A stretch of 64,000 nt of DNA from Minisyncoccota bacterium (GTDB taxonomy: Bacteria > Patescibacteriota > Minisyncoccia > UBA6257 > 2-01-FULL-56-20): contig DATJLR010000001.1 of NCBI GenBank assembly GCA_035509435.1, positions 58,732 to 122,731 on the forward strand. Direction: 5' to 3'. The translations under genes were made by a program, and so were the position numbers. Under the pieces are notes generated by a model. That model was given only the letters and a program-made list of their open reading frames with translations, was not told the origin of the DNA and searched no databases. Every line of letters begins with the position of its first letter. Within the stretch, counting starts at the first letter, position 1. Of the stretch, positions 9,893-20,355 are shown one piece after another.

Positions 9893-10859
9893 GCAGAAGG
9901 CAGAGCGCGAGCGGCCCGAGCAATATGCCGATCGGCCCGAAGAACGACAGGCCGCCGAGCACCGCAAACAGCATCAGCATCGGATGGACCTTCTCCTTTC
10001 CGCCCAGCAGGCGCGGGCGCATGTACGCCTCCATGATGGTGGATATGGCGAGCGACCAGACGGCAAGGCCGATGGCGGCGGGAACATTCCCCGTAAAATA
10101 TAACCACGCGACCGCGGGGATGACGACGAGATACACGCCGACGGCGGGGATGAACGACGCGACGATCGTGACGGCGCCCCACAACACCGCGCTCGAAACG
10201 CCGAACAGGGAAAATCCGATGCCGGTCGTAAGGCCGTAGAGCACGCCTATCAGAAGCGACCCGCGGATCACCGATCCCGCGCGCGCATGCAGGTGGTCAA
10301 GGATCTCGGTCATATGTTCCGGCGGCAATGGTCCCCGCTCGATAAGGGCGGTGCGCAGGCGATGCCCGTCGCGCAGGAAATAGTAGAGCGCGAAGAACGA
10401 AAGAAAGAGCGTGGCGACCACGCTCAAAAATCCGGAAAAGATCGGCCCGATGCTGCTGATCAAGAATCCGAGCACCTGCTGAAGGTACGGCTCGAGATTG
10501 AGGGTGAGCGACGGGAACCACTGCGCGAACGCGACGCGGAACCAGTCCACGCCCGACGCCCCTCCTCCGGAGACGATCTCCGCGTACAGCCCCTGCGCTT
10601 CCGCGAACATCTGGAGGCCGAGGAGCACGAGCGGCACGAGGATGATGAGGACGGCGAGGAGCACGACGATCGCGGCGGCCGTGCCGCCCCGGTCATGGAG
10701 CGCCCGCTTGAGCCCCGCATACCACGGCTGGAAGAGCACGGCGATGCTGATGCCGAGCACGATCGCGTTCAGCTCCGGCCAGAAGACGAGCGCCACGAGA
10801 AGCGCCGTCAGGATCAATATGCCGATCGAAAAATATGACTCCGAACGCTCCGTGACCAT
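9837..10859 (-). CDS. AI-2E family transporter
   Basis: YYFLRDG, IPAVG, RPRL, HPMLMLFAVLGG..FGPIGILLGP. Confidence 0.92.
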   Translation of the reverse strand: MVTERSESYFSIGILILTALLVALVFWPELNAIVLGISIAVLFQPWYAGLKRALHDRGGTAAAIVVLLAVLIILVPLVLLGLQMFAEAQGLYAEIVSGGGASGVDWFRVAFAQWFPSLTLNLEPYLQQVLGFLISSIGPIFSGFLSVVATLFLSFFALYYFLRDGHRLRTALIERGPLPPEHMTEILDHLHARAGSVIRGSLLIGVLYGLTTGIGFSLFGVSSAVLWGAVTIVASFIPAVGVYLVVIPAVAWLYFTGNVPAAIGLAVWSLAISTIMEAYMRPRLLGGKEKVHPMLMLFAVLGGLSFFGPIGILLGPLALCLLLTLLESYPLFSRSSPART

Positions 10860-10941
10860 GAATATATTGTATCACGCCGGTTGCTTTTCCCGTGGCAGTG
10901 CCGTATGGTAGAGGCAGTATGGATCTTAAAGGAGGTCCCTC

Positions 10942-11313
10942 GTGAAAGTTATCGAAATAAAAGGGAACGGCTATCGAAAGCTCCTCTTTACCGACCTGGG
11001 ACTTCCGGGAAACGAGGAGTTCAGCCTCTTTTTCTGGAACAACGGCGAAAGCCCGGCACATGATCACAGCGTGGACGAGATCACCTATGTGGTTTCGGGG
11101 ACGATCCGCGAATATCGGAGGAGGGCCGATGGCATCATCGTGTCACGTGCCTACGAGGCGGGCGAGCAATTCGACGTTCCTGCCGGCACCCAGCACGTCG
11201 TCAAATCGAAAGGCGCGGCAATCACAATCAATTTTTGCAAGGGAAAGCTCCAGATGAACATCCTGAAGAATTTTCCCTTGGAAAGTTTTCTCGCAGGAGT
11301 GCCGCGGCACTAG
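10942..11313 (+). CDS. Cupin domain protein
   Basis: PAHDHSVDEITYVVSG ... VPAGTQH; GGAGG SD before GTG. Confidence 0.85.
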   Translation: MKVIEIKGNGYRKLLFTDLGLPGNEEFSLFFWNNGESPAHDHSVDEITYVVSGTIREYRRRADGIIVSRAYEAGEQFDVPAGTQHVVKSKGAAITINFCKGKLQMNILKNFPLESFLAGVPRH

Positions 11314-11394
11314 CCTTGCCTACCCGCAATCCCATCGCCTCGGCGCAATCATGCCCGGGGCGATCTTCTTTTCCTCTTTCATAACATGCACAAA

Positions 11395-11430
11395 CAAAAA
11401 CCCCCCTTCGATGAAGGGGGGTTTTGTTTG
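11395..11430. terminator. Bidirectional rho-independent terminator
   Basis: AAAAACCCCCCTTC..GAAGGGGGGTTTTGTTT between convergent genes. Confidence 0.8.
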
Positions 11431-11435
11431 TGGCG

Positions 11436-11633
11436 CTATGCCCGGCTGACGTTCGTCGCGTACGGGCCTTTCTCGCCGTCGGCAACCTCGAAGGTGACGG
11501 CATCGCCGACCTTCAGGTCATCGAAGGCAACGCCATTCAACTCCTTGGAATGGAAAAAGAGGTCCTTCGCCTCGCCTTCGCGCGCGATAAAACCGAATCC
11601 ACGATCCGTAAGGGTCTTGATGGTTCCTTGCAT
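11436..11633 (-). CDS. csp: Cold shock domain protein
   Basis: RGFGFI, DLFFH, KGPYATNV. Confidence 0.95.
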   Translation of the reverse strand: MQGTIKTLTDRGFGFIAREGEAKDLFFHSKELNGVAFDDLKVGDAVTFEVADGEKGPYATNVSRA

Positions 11634-11749
11634 GATTGTAATTAGTATTGTTGCTTCTTCAGAAGTTCGACGACGTTTCTTTATGCCCCATAATAGTACG
11701 CCGGATGGGAAAATTTGTCAAGTGAGCGATGCGGCGCTCGGCGAATGGA

Positions 11750-13027
11750 TCACTTTCCTCCAGCATACATTGCGGCGATCTCCGCAGCGGACATGGCGCG
11801 GCCATACACGCGCACGTCGTCGATCAGCCCCGTAAACGGATTATCGCCGGCATATATCTTCCCGCCGATCGTCGTCGTCGTGAGCGCAACATTCGGAGTT
11901 GAAGGGGTGTACGACGCCTCGTAGACGCCGTTCACGTATCCACGCTCCGTGGAACCGTCGAACGTGACCGCGATATTGTTCCACCCGTTCACGATGTGGG
12001 TGGAATACCACGAAAGGTCGTTCCCCCAGAAATAGTTTACCAACTGGTTGCCGGAACCGCCGGTCCTTAAAACGTTCGTCGCGCTGCCGACGCCCACCGA
12101 TCCCCATCCCACAATGTCCGCCGTGTAGACCGTCGAGGTAATGCCGTTCGGAAGATACACCCACACCCACTTCGTGAACGGGGACGCGCCGACGGGGACG
12201 CTGCGATCGAACACGCTCACGGCGTCCAAACTTCCGTCGAAGGCTCCCGCGTAGAGGCCGATCTTTCCCGCCGAATAATATCCGCCCAGACTTCCGACCT
12301 GTGCGCCGCTCCAACTCCCCGTCGCGTTGTTGCCCGAATAATCATAGGCGATCGTGCCGGTCCCCTCGTCAAAGCTCCAATCTCCCGCAAGCGTAGGATC
12401 GCCGTAGTCCAGCGGCTCCAAGGCAAGATTGGTGCCCTTCGCATACACGGTCGCCAAGGCCGACCCGTCAGGGCCAACGACGTCATTGGATCCTCCCAGC
12501 TTATATTTCGACGACTCCATCACCGCCGTGAACTCATACTGGCCGTTGCTCGCCATATAAGTGTAATAATCCCGGGACGAAGAAGTGTTCACGGGATCGA
12601 TGGGCAGTGCCGAAAGCGGAGCGCCGCTCGATATCGATTGGAAGTTCACCGGGATCCACCCCGTGCCGTTCACGCTGCGATACGTGGAACTTGCCGCGCA
12701 ATGATAAGTGTAATTGGCAGGAAGCGCGAGAAGCCCCATAGTGCCGCAATTTGTCCCCGCCGTCGTCGTGGCGTTCGGGTCCGGAAGGGAAACATACACG
12801 ACGGAAGAAGACCCCAGGGAAAAGGCTGCCGCAGACGCCTGGTCTACGCTATATACATTCAACGCCTCTACCAATGTGCTCATATCGGAGATACGGCCAG
12901 AATCGCGGGATTGGGCAAGAAGCTGCGCGGGATTCAAGGTAAGCACGACCACGACAGCAAGTATGGCGATGATCGCGATGACAACCAAAAGCTCTATGAG
13001 AGTAAATCCCTTGCGAAAGGCGTCCAT
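11750..13027 (-). CDS. Type IV pilin-like protein with C-terminal LamG/concanavalin domain
   Basis: KGFTLIELLVVIAII prepilin motif; WSFDEGTG..D.SG, W..IAVTFDG, FTGLIDDVRVY. Confidence 0.92.
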   Translation of the reverse strand: MDAFRKGFTLIELLVVIAIIAILAVVVVLTLNPAQLLAQSRDSGRISDMSTLVEALNVYSVDQASAAAFSLGSSSVVYVSLPDPNATTTAGTNCGTMGLLALPANYTYHCAASSTYRSVNGTGWIPVNFQSISSGAPLSALPIDPVNTSSSRDYYTYMASNGQYEFTAVMESSKYKLGGSNDVVGPDGSALATVYAKGTNLALEPLDYGDPTLAGDWSFDEGTGTIAYDYSGNNATGSWSGAQVGSLGGYYSAGKIGLYAGAFDGSLDAVSVFDRSVPVGASPFTKWVWVYLPNGITSTVYTADIVGWGSVGVGSATNVLRTGGSGNQLVNYFWGNDLSWYSTHIVNGWNNIAVTFDGSTERGYVNGVYEASYTPSTPNVALTTTTIGGKIYAGDNPFTGLIDDVRVYGRAMSAAEIAAMYAGGK

Positions 13028-13074
13028 TTCCTAATGATAACAAATCGGTTTCGGGGTAAGATTAAGATAACGAT

Positions 13075-14352
13075 ATGGCGAAATTCGGGCGGAAGACCAA
13101 GAAGATCCTCAAGCTCATGGGGCCGGGGCTCATCACGGGCGCGGCGGATGACGATCCGTCGGGCATTGCCACCTACACCCAGACCGGCGCGCAGTTCGGC
13201 TACGGGCAGCTCTGGGCGGCGCTCTATCTGCTTCCTTTCATGGTGGCGATCCAGGAAGCATGCGCGCGCATCGGCGCCGTGACGGGCAAAGGCATCGCGG
13301 CCGTCGCCAAAGAAAATTACAGCAAAAAGGTCCTGTACTGCCTCCTTGCGCTCGTGCTCGTTGCGAATACGATCAACATCGGCGCGGACCTTGGCGCCAT
13401 GGGCGCGGCGGCACACCTTATCATCCCGCTGAACTTCACCATCCTTACGCTTTTCTTCACCGCGCTCATCCTCTTGCTTGAGATATTTATGTCGTACAAA
13501 ACGTACGCGAAGGTACTGAAGTGGCTCGCGCTCGTCCTGCTCTCCTATCCGCTCACTGCGTTCCTCGTTTCCGAGCCGTGGGGAACGATCCTGCGCGCCA
13601 CCGTGCTCCCGCACATACAGCTTTCGTTCTCGTTCCTCTTTATTATTACCGGCGTCTTGGGCACCACCATTTCGCCATACATGTTCTTTTGGGAAGCATC
13701 GGACGAGGTTGAGGAAGAAAAAGAAAAGCGGATGATCAAGGACGGCGTCGCGAAGCCCACCAAATCCTTCATGCGCCGGCTGCGATGGGACAACTTCCTC
13801 GGCATGCTGTCATCCGAGATCGCCACGTGGTGCATCATCGTCGTCGCGGCAACGGTGTTGAACACCCATGGCGTCACGAACGTGGCAACGGCTGCGGACG
13901 GCGCGAAGGCGCTGGAGCCGCTCGTGCAAAGCTTCCCCGACGCCGGCCTTATCGCAAAATGGCTCTTTGCGATCGGCATCATCGGGCTCGGCCTGCTCGC
14001 CGTACCGGTGCTCTCTGCCAGCGCCTCGTATGCACTTTCCGAAACGCTCAATTGGCGCGAAGGGCTGAATTTAAAATTGAAGCGTGCGCATGGATTCTAC
14101 GGCGTGATAACGATCGCGACGATCGTCGGCCTCATGATCAACTTCGTAGGGATCAATCCGATCAAGGCGCTCGTCTACACCGCGGTCTTCAATGGCATCG
14201 CGGCGGTGCCGCTCATCTTCATCATTGCCCGCATGGCCGCGAGCGAGAAGATCATGGGCGAACACAAGAGCGGCTGGCTCTCCAGTGTGTTCGTCTGGGC
14301 GACATTTGCACTCATGGCCGCTGCCGCGATCGCGATGTTCGCGACGCTTTAG
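13075..14352 (+). CDS. NRAMP-family divalent metal transporter
   Basis: GPGLITGAADDDPSG, LGTTISPYMFFW. Confidence 0.92.
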   Translation: MAKFGRKTKKILKLMGPGLITGAADDDPSGIATYTQTGAQFGYGQLWAALYLLPFMVAIQEACARIGAVTGKGIAAVAKENYSKKVLYCLLALVLVANTINIGADLGAMGAAAHLIIPLNFTILTLFFTALILLLEIFMSYKTYAKVLKWLALVLLSYPLTAFLVSEPWGTILRATVLPHIQLSFSFLFIITGVLGTTISPYMFFWEASDEVEEEKEKRMIKDGVAKPTKSFMRRLRWDNFLGMLSSEIATWCIIVVAATVLNTHGVTNVATAADGAKALEPLVQSFPDAGLIAKWLFAIGIIGLGLLAVPVLSASASYALSETLNWREGLNLKLKRAHGFYGVITIATIVGLMINFVGINPIKALVYTAVFNGIAAVPLIFIIARMAASEKIMGEHKSGWLSSVFVWATFALMAAAAIAMFATL

Positions 14353-15913
14353 ATTTTATAGATCGGATGCACCTCTATCGGCAGATCCGCGAACCGCGCC
14401 ACCATGCCGGGGATCTCCGGCGCGACAAAACCCCACCGCTTCACGAATGCCGCCGCTTTTTCATAATCTCCCTCCATCTGCAATTTTAAAAATTCTTCGC
14501 TGAGCGCGATCATCGCCGTGAGGGCCTTCTCCGGATCGATATCGAATATGCCGTTCGCTTCATCGTAGCGCACCGCGCCCCGATCTTTCAGCCAGTTGTA
14601 TTCGATGAGCGAGCCGGCGGAATGTGCTTCCGTGTAGCTTGCGCGCCATCCCACCACCAAGCTCGCGATCTCATATATCGCACAACCCTCAAGTTCCTCG
14701 CGGCTCACCAATCCATCCTTGGAGAGGCGGTCAAGCAACGCGACGCCAAGCATGTCGGCCTTCGCTTCCTCAAGCATCAGGTGAAGGTCTTTCAGCAAGG
14801 CCTCGAAGCTTACCTCCCTGCCGTTCACATTCCGCGTGCCGGGCCCGACGCCGTGCGCGAGCTCATGGCCCAGCACAAACAGCATGCGTTGGCGCCATTC
14901 GCATCGCTTGAACGCTTCGGGGCTCAGCAACCGCTCCGCAATGGGATGCGTAAGGGTGTAAAATTTCGCCTCCATCATCGTGCGCGAGAAAACTTTCTTG
15001 GATCCCTTTTCTTCGTGGATCTTGCGGTTGTTGGGAAGATTGTATGCCACGAACTGCCTGCCGAACGCCGCCTCGCCGCCGCGATACACGTCGCGCACGA
15101 TCTCGAGCGGCGTGGCGCCGCCTTTCGGCTTGTATCCCAACCGTGCGGCGAGCGCCGCGTCGAACTCCGGCACCACGGCGGCGAATTTTTGGATGTCGGC
15201 CGTGGCCTCGGCGTCCGGCAGGGCGACAAATCCTTCAAACGTCGCCTTCAGCCCGAACAAGCCGTCGGCATAGACCTCGTACGGCCCGATCGTGACCTCG
15301 AACGGCGTGCCGTCCGTATCGATCCACGCCATATCGCTGTCCCAGTAGTCGTTTGAACGGAACGCGGCCGCGCGGAGCGCAAGAAATTTCTTGAGCGGGC
15401 CATCGGATAATGCGCGCGCCGCCGCCTCGAGCTCCCGCGCGGCTTCTTCCAGGTGATCCTTATATGCCTCGCTGTACGGCACCGCAATGAGCGCGCCAGG
15501 CGTGCCGTCAGCCGCACCCGCGGCGCGCTTTATTATAGTGTAAGGGCTCTCGAGCGCCGCGCGGTCTTCTGCGGAAGCGCCAGCCAGCCGCGTTTCCCAT
15601 TCCTCCACCGTCATGTCCGCCGGATAGAACGCCCCCGCCTTCGGCTTCGCGGCCGCGCCCGGCACGAACGGCTTGTCTTCGTCAAAGCCGTCCCATGGGC
15701 CGCCGTTCACCTCAAAATATTTCGCGAGGTCGCGGCCTTCGTTGTCGGTGCGCGCGGCAAGCGAAGCGCGCATGCCGGGCAACGATGGATCCATCTGTTC
15801 CAAATAAATATCCGTCATGATCTCCGCCGCGCGCACGCAATGGCGCAGCGCCTCGCGTTCCGCGTCGGAAAGCCCGGAGAGATCCTGGCCTACAATGAAT
15901 TTTTAATATCCAT
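14349..15913 (-). CDS. Peptidase M49 family (DPP III-like) with an apparent frameshift near the N-terminus
   Basis: GPYEVY.D.LFG.KA, AYNLPN, HELAHG.GP, LEEAKADM. The natural ATG at 15913 is out of frame by one base in an A5 run. Confidence 0.85.
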
Positions 15914-15982
15914 GCAAGTAATCCAATTATAACAGGAGAAAATAAAAAGCGAGGCACTATCGGATTCGTGCCGGGCGACCCG

Positions 15983-16417
15983 CTATCCCCGCTTTCCCTG
16001 TCTCGCGACAAAGTGGAAACTTGTGTACGAAAGATATGCGGCGACGATGACGCCCACCCAGCTGACCCACATGGGCGCCACCCAGCCGTCGATCGCCACC
16101 GACCACCCGAACACCAGGCGGAGGAAATGGACGATCGCGACGATGCCCATGATGATGCCGACCACGAAGAACAACGCCTTGCTCGACGCATGCGGTTCCA
16201 GGATGTCCGGCGTCCATGCGTAATGGATGAGGATAAGGAGCACGAGCGCATCAAGTCCGCACCACAGCCACGCCGACTGCGTGGTGATCCAAAGGCCAAA
16301 GACGGTCGCGGGCAACGAGCCCGCCGCCAAAAGCCAGAGTCCCACAAACAGGTCTGCCGCAACGACCCCCGCAAAAAACTTCGCCGCCTCGCGAAGGAAT
16401 TTAGTGTGTTTGGTCAT
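15983..16417 (-). CDS. Hypothetical membrane protein
   Basis: Four TM segments; leaderless TATACT-6nt-ATG. Confidence 0.7.
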   Translation of the reverse strand: MTKHTKFLREAAKFFAGVVAADLFVGLWLLAAGSLPATVFGLWITTQSAWLWCGLDALVLLILIHYAWTPDILEPHASSKALFFVVGIIMGIVAIVHFLRLVFGWSVAIDGWVAPMWVSWVGVIVAAYLSYTSFHFVARQGKRG

Positions 16418-16485
16418 GCTTTTAGTATAACAAAATGGCCCCGCCGAAATCGACGGGGCCACTGCAAAAAAGGAGCATTCAGGGG

Positions 16486-17250
16486 TCAATCACTTTTGTG
16501 ATATTTGTTGACGTACCTCACCATCGATTGGCGGGTTTCCCGATCAATGAACTTCACGGCGATCGCGACGCGGTTATCTTCGCTGAGGGATTGCCACAGC
16601 CCACCGAGAACATCCGTCGCGACGCCATCATAGAACGGAATCAGGCGAGGTTCGCCGCGAAACGTGGTCGGTTCCTTCGCATCCCATTCATAAGTGGTGA
16701 TGCAATAACCGTATCCCGGCGGAAGCTCGTCGTAGAACCAGTAGCCGACGTCACACCCGTCGCCCGTTGGGGATTTGCGATGGATCGCGATCTCCGCAAA
16801 GGGCAGGTTGTCGCGAGTGCGGACGCCGCATGTAGCAGTGATGCGCGGGGTATAGATCGGTGAGTCCGGTTCATACGACATATCCCGCAGGGCATTCATG
16901 AGGACACCGTAATACCGTCCTGCGATCATGTCGGTCTGACTGCCGTTGCTCACCACAAACGCGCCTTTGTCCTGTAGCATCGCGTTATAGATGATCAACC
17001 TGGGATCTTCCACCTTTGAAGGATCGGCGGGTTCGGTGAACAAGCGCCCGGTCCGCGCCTCAAGTTCGAACACCCTGTTGCGGCTGTTCGAAGAGCGTCC
17101 CATGATCCAGTACACCTGGATCACATTTCGCCCCGTGGAATCGAGCCCAACCACGAGCCCCCTTCCGGGATATCGGCTCGCGCGCAGGGCCATAAAATTG
17201 GCGGTTGCCTCTGTGAGCAATGTCACTGCATCTCCTTTCCGGCAAAGCAT
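16486..17250 (-). CDS. IMP cyclohydrolase (PurO-like) family protein
   Basis: YPGRGLVVG, YWIMGRSSNSRNR, LIIYNA, SNGSQTD, YEPD..YTPRI; start uncertain. Confidence 0.85.
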   Translation of the reverse strand: MLCRKGDAVTLLTEATANFMALRASRYPGRGLVVGLDSTGRNVIQVYWIMGRSSNSRNRVFELEARTGRLFTEPADPSKVEDPRLIIYNAMLQDKGAFVVSNGSQTDMIAGRYYGVLMNALRDMSYEPDSPIYTPRITATCGVRTRDNLPFAEIAIHRKSPTGDGCDVGYWFYDELPPGYGYCITTYEWDAKEPTTFRGEPRLIPFYDGVATDVLGGLWQSLSEDNRVAIAVKFIDRETRQSMVRYVNKYHKSD

Positions 17251-17321
17251 TTACTGCGCTCTTTATATATCATTTGCCCGCTATTGTCCATCTACAAATA
17301 ATTATTGCTATCATTAGTATC

Positions 17322-17927
17322 ATGAAAGTCCACTTTGTCGGCATCGCGGGAGGAAGCGGCTCCGGAAAATCGACGCTCTGCTTCAATCTCCTCGACAAAT
17401 ATCCCAAGAAGATCTCCATTCTCCACTTCGACGACTATCAAAAGAAGCGCGTGGAGGTGCCGCAGGTAAACGGCATGGCCAACTGGGACCACCCCGACGC
17501 CATCCGCTGGGAAAAACTGATAGAAGATCTTGGAGACCTGCGCGATGGCAAGCCGATCACCGTTGCCACCATGAACGAACGCGACAATCCGCAGTATGGC
17601 AGTGCGCGGGAACGCATTGAGATCGAAGTGGCGCCAAAGCCGATCGTCCTCGTTGAAGGATATCTTGCGCTGTATCATCCCGAGGTCCGGGCGTTCTTTG
17701 ATCTCATGATCTATCTCGACGCATCCCACGATGAGCGGATGGCGAGGAGGACAAAATCACTGAATCCCGATTATGTGGCCCAGATTCTCACGCCGATGCA
17801 CAAAGAATACGTGGAGCCGACCAAGCACCATGCGCACGTTATAGATGTTTCGGGCAAAACGGCGGCACAGGTGCTCGAAGAGGCGGAGACGTTGATAATC
17901 AAGCCGCACGGAGACCATGGGGCGTGA
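17322..17927 (+). CDS. udk: Uridine kinase family protein
   Basis: GIAGGSGSGKST, NWDHPDA, VEG, YVEPTK. Confidence 0.85.
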   Translation: MKVHFVGIAGGSGSGKSTLCFNLLDKYPKKISILHFDDYQKKRVEVPQVNGMANWDHPDAIRWEKLIEDLGDLRDGKPITVATMNERDNPQYGSARERIEIEVAPKPIVLVEGYLALYHPEVRAFFDLMIYLDASHDERMARRTKSLNPDYVAQILTPMHKEYVEPTKHHAHVIDVSGKTAAQVLEEAETLIIKPHGDHGA

Positions 17928-18017
17928 TTGCGCTTGAAAGGTACCGGCGCATTGACGTTTTCATAAAATTGGATATAATCAAGCCAGATTTTTCGCAGTC
18001 TATTTTTCAGAAGGAGG

Positions 18018-18677
18018 ATGGCCATGGTCATCTTCAAAAAGAAGAAGCACTTCAGGCCCTTTCGGGAAAGGGTAAGGCGCGGAGCTGAAACAGCCCTCAA
18101 GTGCCTCGTCCTGTTCTCCGGGCCAACCTTCGTCGGGGGACTCGCCGGCATCGCATGGTATTTTGCCCCTTTCCGGCACGATCTCCATGTTGATGACGGA
18201 ACCCGTGACATCATTGTCCACGCAGTCTTGCCGATCCTCGGCATGGCGTACTCGATAATTGTGGGCGTGAGCGCTCTTGCAACGCCGTGGACGAAATACA
18301 TGGAGATGCGCATCGCCGTCAAACATTACGACGTTGACGTCTACATGGACAACGAAGACGAGGAACTCTCCCCTCTTATTCACGGGATCGTGGGAACGCT
18401 TGCGGTGGCGATGATGCTATCGTTCATGGTGTTGCCTTACGAGTCGGCGACTGGAGGGTTTTCCATCGTCTTCGGCGTTGCATTCGTCCTCGCGCTCATG
18501 TACTTCGTAGTGCGACAGATCGACAATCCAAGTACAGGCCTGTGGTATATCAAAGGGACACCTCCCGAATGGGAGGGTGTCGATCCCACGAAGTACCGCG
18601 AGGAGCGGTGCCGGGCAGCGCGGGAGGCGTTCATCAAAAAGAACGGCGGCACCGCAAAGCCGGAAAAAACGGCCTAG
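18018..18677 (+). CDS. Hypothetical multi-pass membrane protein
   Basis: GGAGG SD, four TMs, IDNP.TG motif reminiscent of DUF4239. Confidence 0.65.
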   Translation: MAMVIFKKKKHFRPFRERVRRGAETALKCLVLFSGPTFVGGLAGIAWYFAPFRHDLHVDDGTRDIIVHAVLPILGMAYSIIVGVSALATPWTKYMEMRIAVKHYDVDVYMDNEDEELSPLIHGIVGTLAVAMMLSFMVLPYESATGGFSIVFGVAFVLALMYFVVRQIDNPSTGLWYIKGTPPEWEGVDPTKYREERCRAAREAFIKKNGGTAKPEKTA

Positions 18678-18838
18678 CGACAAGAATGGAAAAATTAAAA
18701 TCGGTAGTAGATGGGCCGAGCAGTAATGCTCGGCTCTTTTTTCTATTGACCGGCGCGCACTTAATTCCCTTTCTTTATAAGCTTTACAATAATCCCTTAG
18801 ATAAGTACGATGATTGCAGTAATCTGGAGGTGCTATTT

Positions 18839-19186
18839 ATGTTCTCTCAAATGAAATCCCGGAAGCGCCAGGGCGGCGACAGCGAGACCTTCGCCAGGGA
18901 ACAACTCTCGAACATGGTCGCGCGCAAAATAGGCGGCGAGCTCAAAGAGGTCACATTCAAAGCCGGAGAGGAGGACCAAGGAGAAAACAGCAGGATCCGC
19001 AATTTCCTCCTCGAAGGAACGTACGGAACGAGGTCGGTGGCCGAGATCGCATTTCGCGGAACATTAGAGATGTTCAGAGGCAAAAACAAGCCCTGGAGCA
19101 CGGGGCTGGTCGGAATTTCCTTTCATGTAAATCCCGACCATCCGATCACATTCCACACGAGAGAGGGGCGTGTCATCCCCGAATGA
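18839..19186 (+). CDS. Hypothetical protein
   Basis: GGAGG SD before ATG 18839; terminator hairpin follows at ~19209-19242. Confidence 0.6.
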   Translation: MFSQMKSRKRQGGDSETFAREQLSNMVARKIGGELKEVTFKAGEEDQGENSRIRNFLLEGTYGTRSVAEIAFRGTLEMFRGKNKPWSTGLVGISFHVNPDHPITFHTREGRVIPE

Positions 19187-19346
19187 CGCCATTGCCCCGC
19201 GATAGAAAGGCCCCGCGCCTGCTATCCGCGGGGTTTTTCTTTTATTGAGCGTCCCCTTGACTCATTGCTAAAAGTGGTGTATAATCTACTCGGAACCGTA
19301 GAGGTTTTCTGCGAATTACAACTTCAAAAAAGAGGGAGGTAAAGAA

Positions 19347-19973
19347 ATGACGAGCGATAGGCAGGCCCCCACCAATACCACCGAGGCGACAAAGAGGAAT
19401 CCAGCAGGATTTCTGCTCGACGCCCTCGTGGTCGGATCGAGCAACGCGATTGAACTCCAGGTATCCCAGGGCCAGCGCGAGCTGGTGAACAGCACCACCC
19501 TTCCAACCCAGATGGGCGGTTGCAGGGATTACGACACGAAAAAAATCCTCGAAGCCGCCGGCGTCAAGTTCGGTGAAGTCGTGGAGGACGACGACCTGTT
19601 CCAATACGTGGAACTTCCGGCAGGATGGAAGAAAGTCTCCACTGATCACTCCATGCATTCGAACCTGGTCGACGACAAGGGTCGGGTGCGGGCGCGGATC
19701 TTCTACAAGGCGGCTTTCTACGACCGCAGAGCCGACCTGCAGTCGGAACGTCGGTTCGGAGCCAGCGTTGACTACGGGCGGCGCGAAAAAGAAGGAGTTG
19801 CCGTCGCGAACGTCACGGATTGCGGCAAGGTCATCTACTCCACCGAACCGGTCAAGCTGCCGGACGACGACCGAAAGAGTTACGAGGCGAGCGACAAGGC
19901 CCAGGCGGCTGCGTTCAAGTGGCTCGACAAGCACTATCCCGACTGGCGCAATCCCGGCGCATACTGGGATTAG
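19347..19973 (+). CDS. Hypothetical protein (phage-like)
   Basis: Own promoter (TTGACT..TATAAT ~19257-19285), GGAGG SD and terminator ~20001-20039; LPAGW..TDHSM..DDKGR.RARIFYKAAFYDR block. Confidence 0.75.
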   Translation: MTSDRQAPTNTTEATKRNPAGFLLDALVVGSSNAIELQVSQGQRELVNSTTLPTQMGGCRDYDTKKILEAAGVKFGEVVEDDDLFQYVELPAGWKKVSTDHSMHSNLVDDKGRVRARIFYKAAFYDRRADLQSERRFGASVDYGRREKEGVAVANVTDCGKVIYSTEPVKLPDDDRKSYEASDKAQAAAFKWLDKHYPDWRNPGAYWD

Positions 19974-20355
19974 CCAGCCCTCTGTACAAGTAAGGCCCCT
20001 AGGCGGCGATTTGCTTCACAGCAATCGCCGTCTTTTTTTGAGCGGATACACTCCTGGACATCGTGGAAGGCAAACCACACGTTCAACTCGCAGGGGTTGT
20101 TATTCCAACCCAACGCGATCGCATTGCCGCGGCAAACTCGATCCTTAAATGGGATACCGCGATGCTTTTCGTAGAGGCGCAGCTCAACATGATCGAAAGC
20201 CCCCAGACGATCGAGAAAAAACGGACGCGGGCCGTGATGCTCGTGGACGAAATTTCTGAAACGCGACACCTGAACCCTGCCCTAAAACACCCTCGAGCAG
20301 CACGTCGCTCTGCACGCCGACAACAAATGCAAAATCAGCCAGCACAAACTACCCC

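Noticed and set aside
20060-20070. GTGGAAG as the left att site of element 1
   Set aside because: The match is too short and has no supporting inverted repeat; the left boundary remains undetermined.
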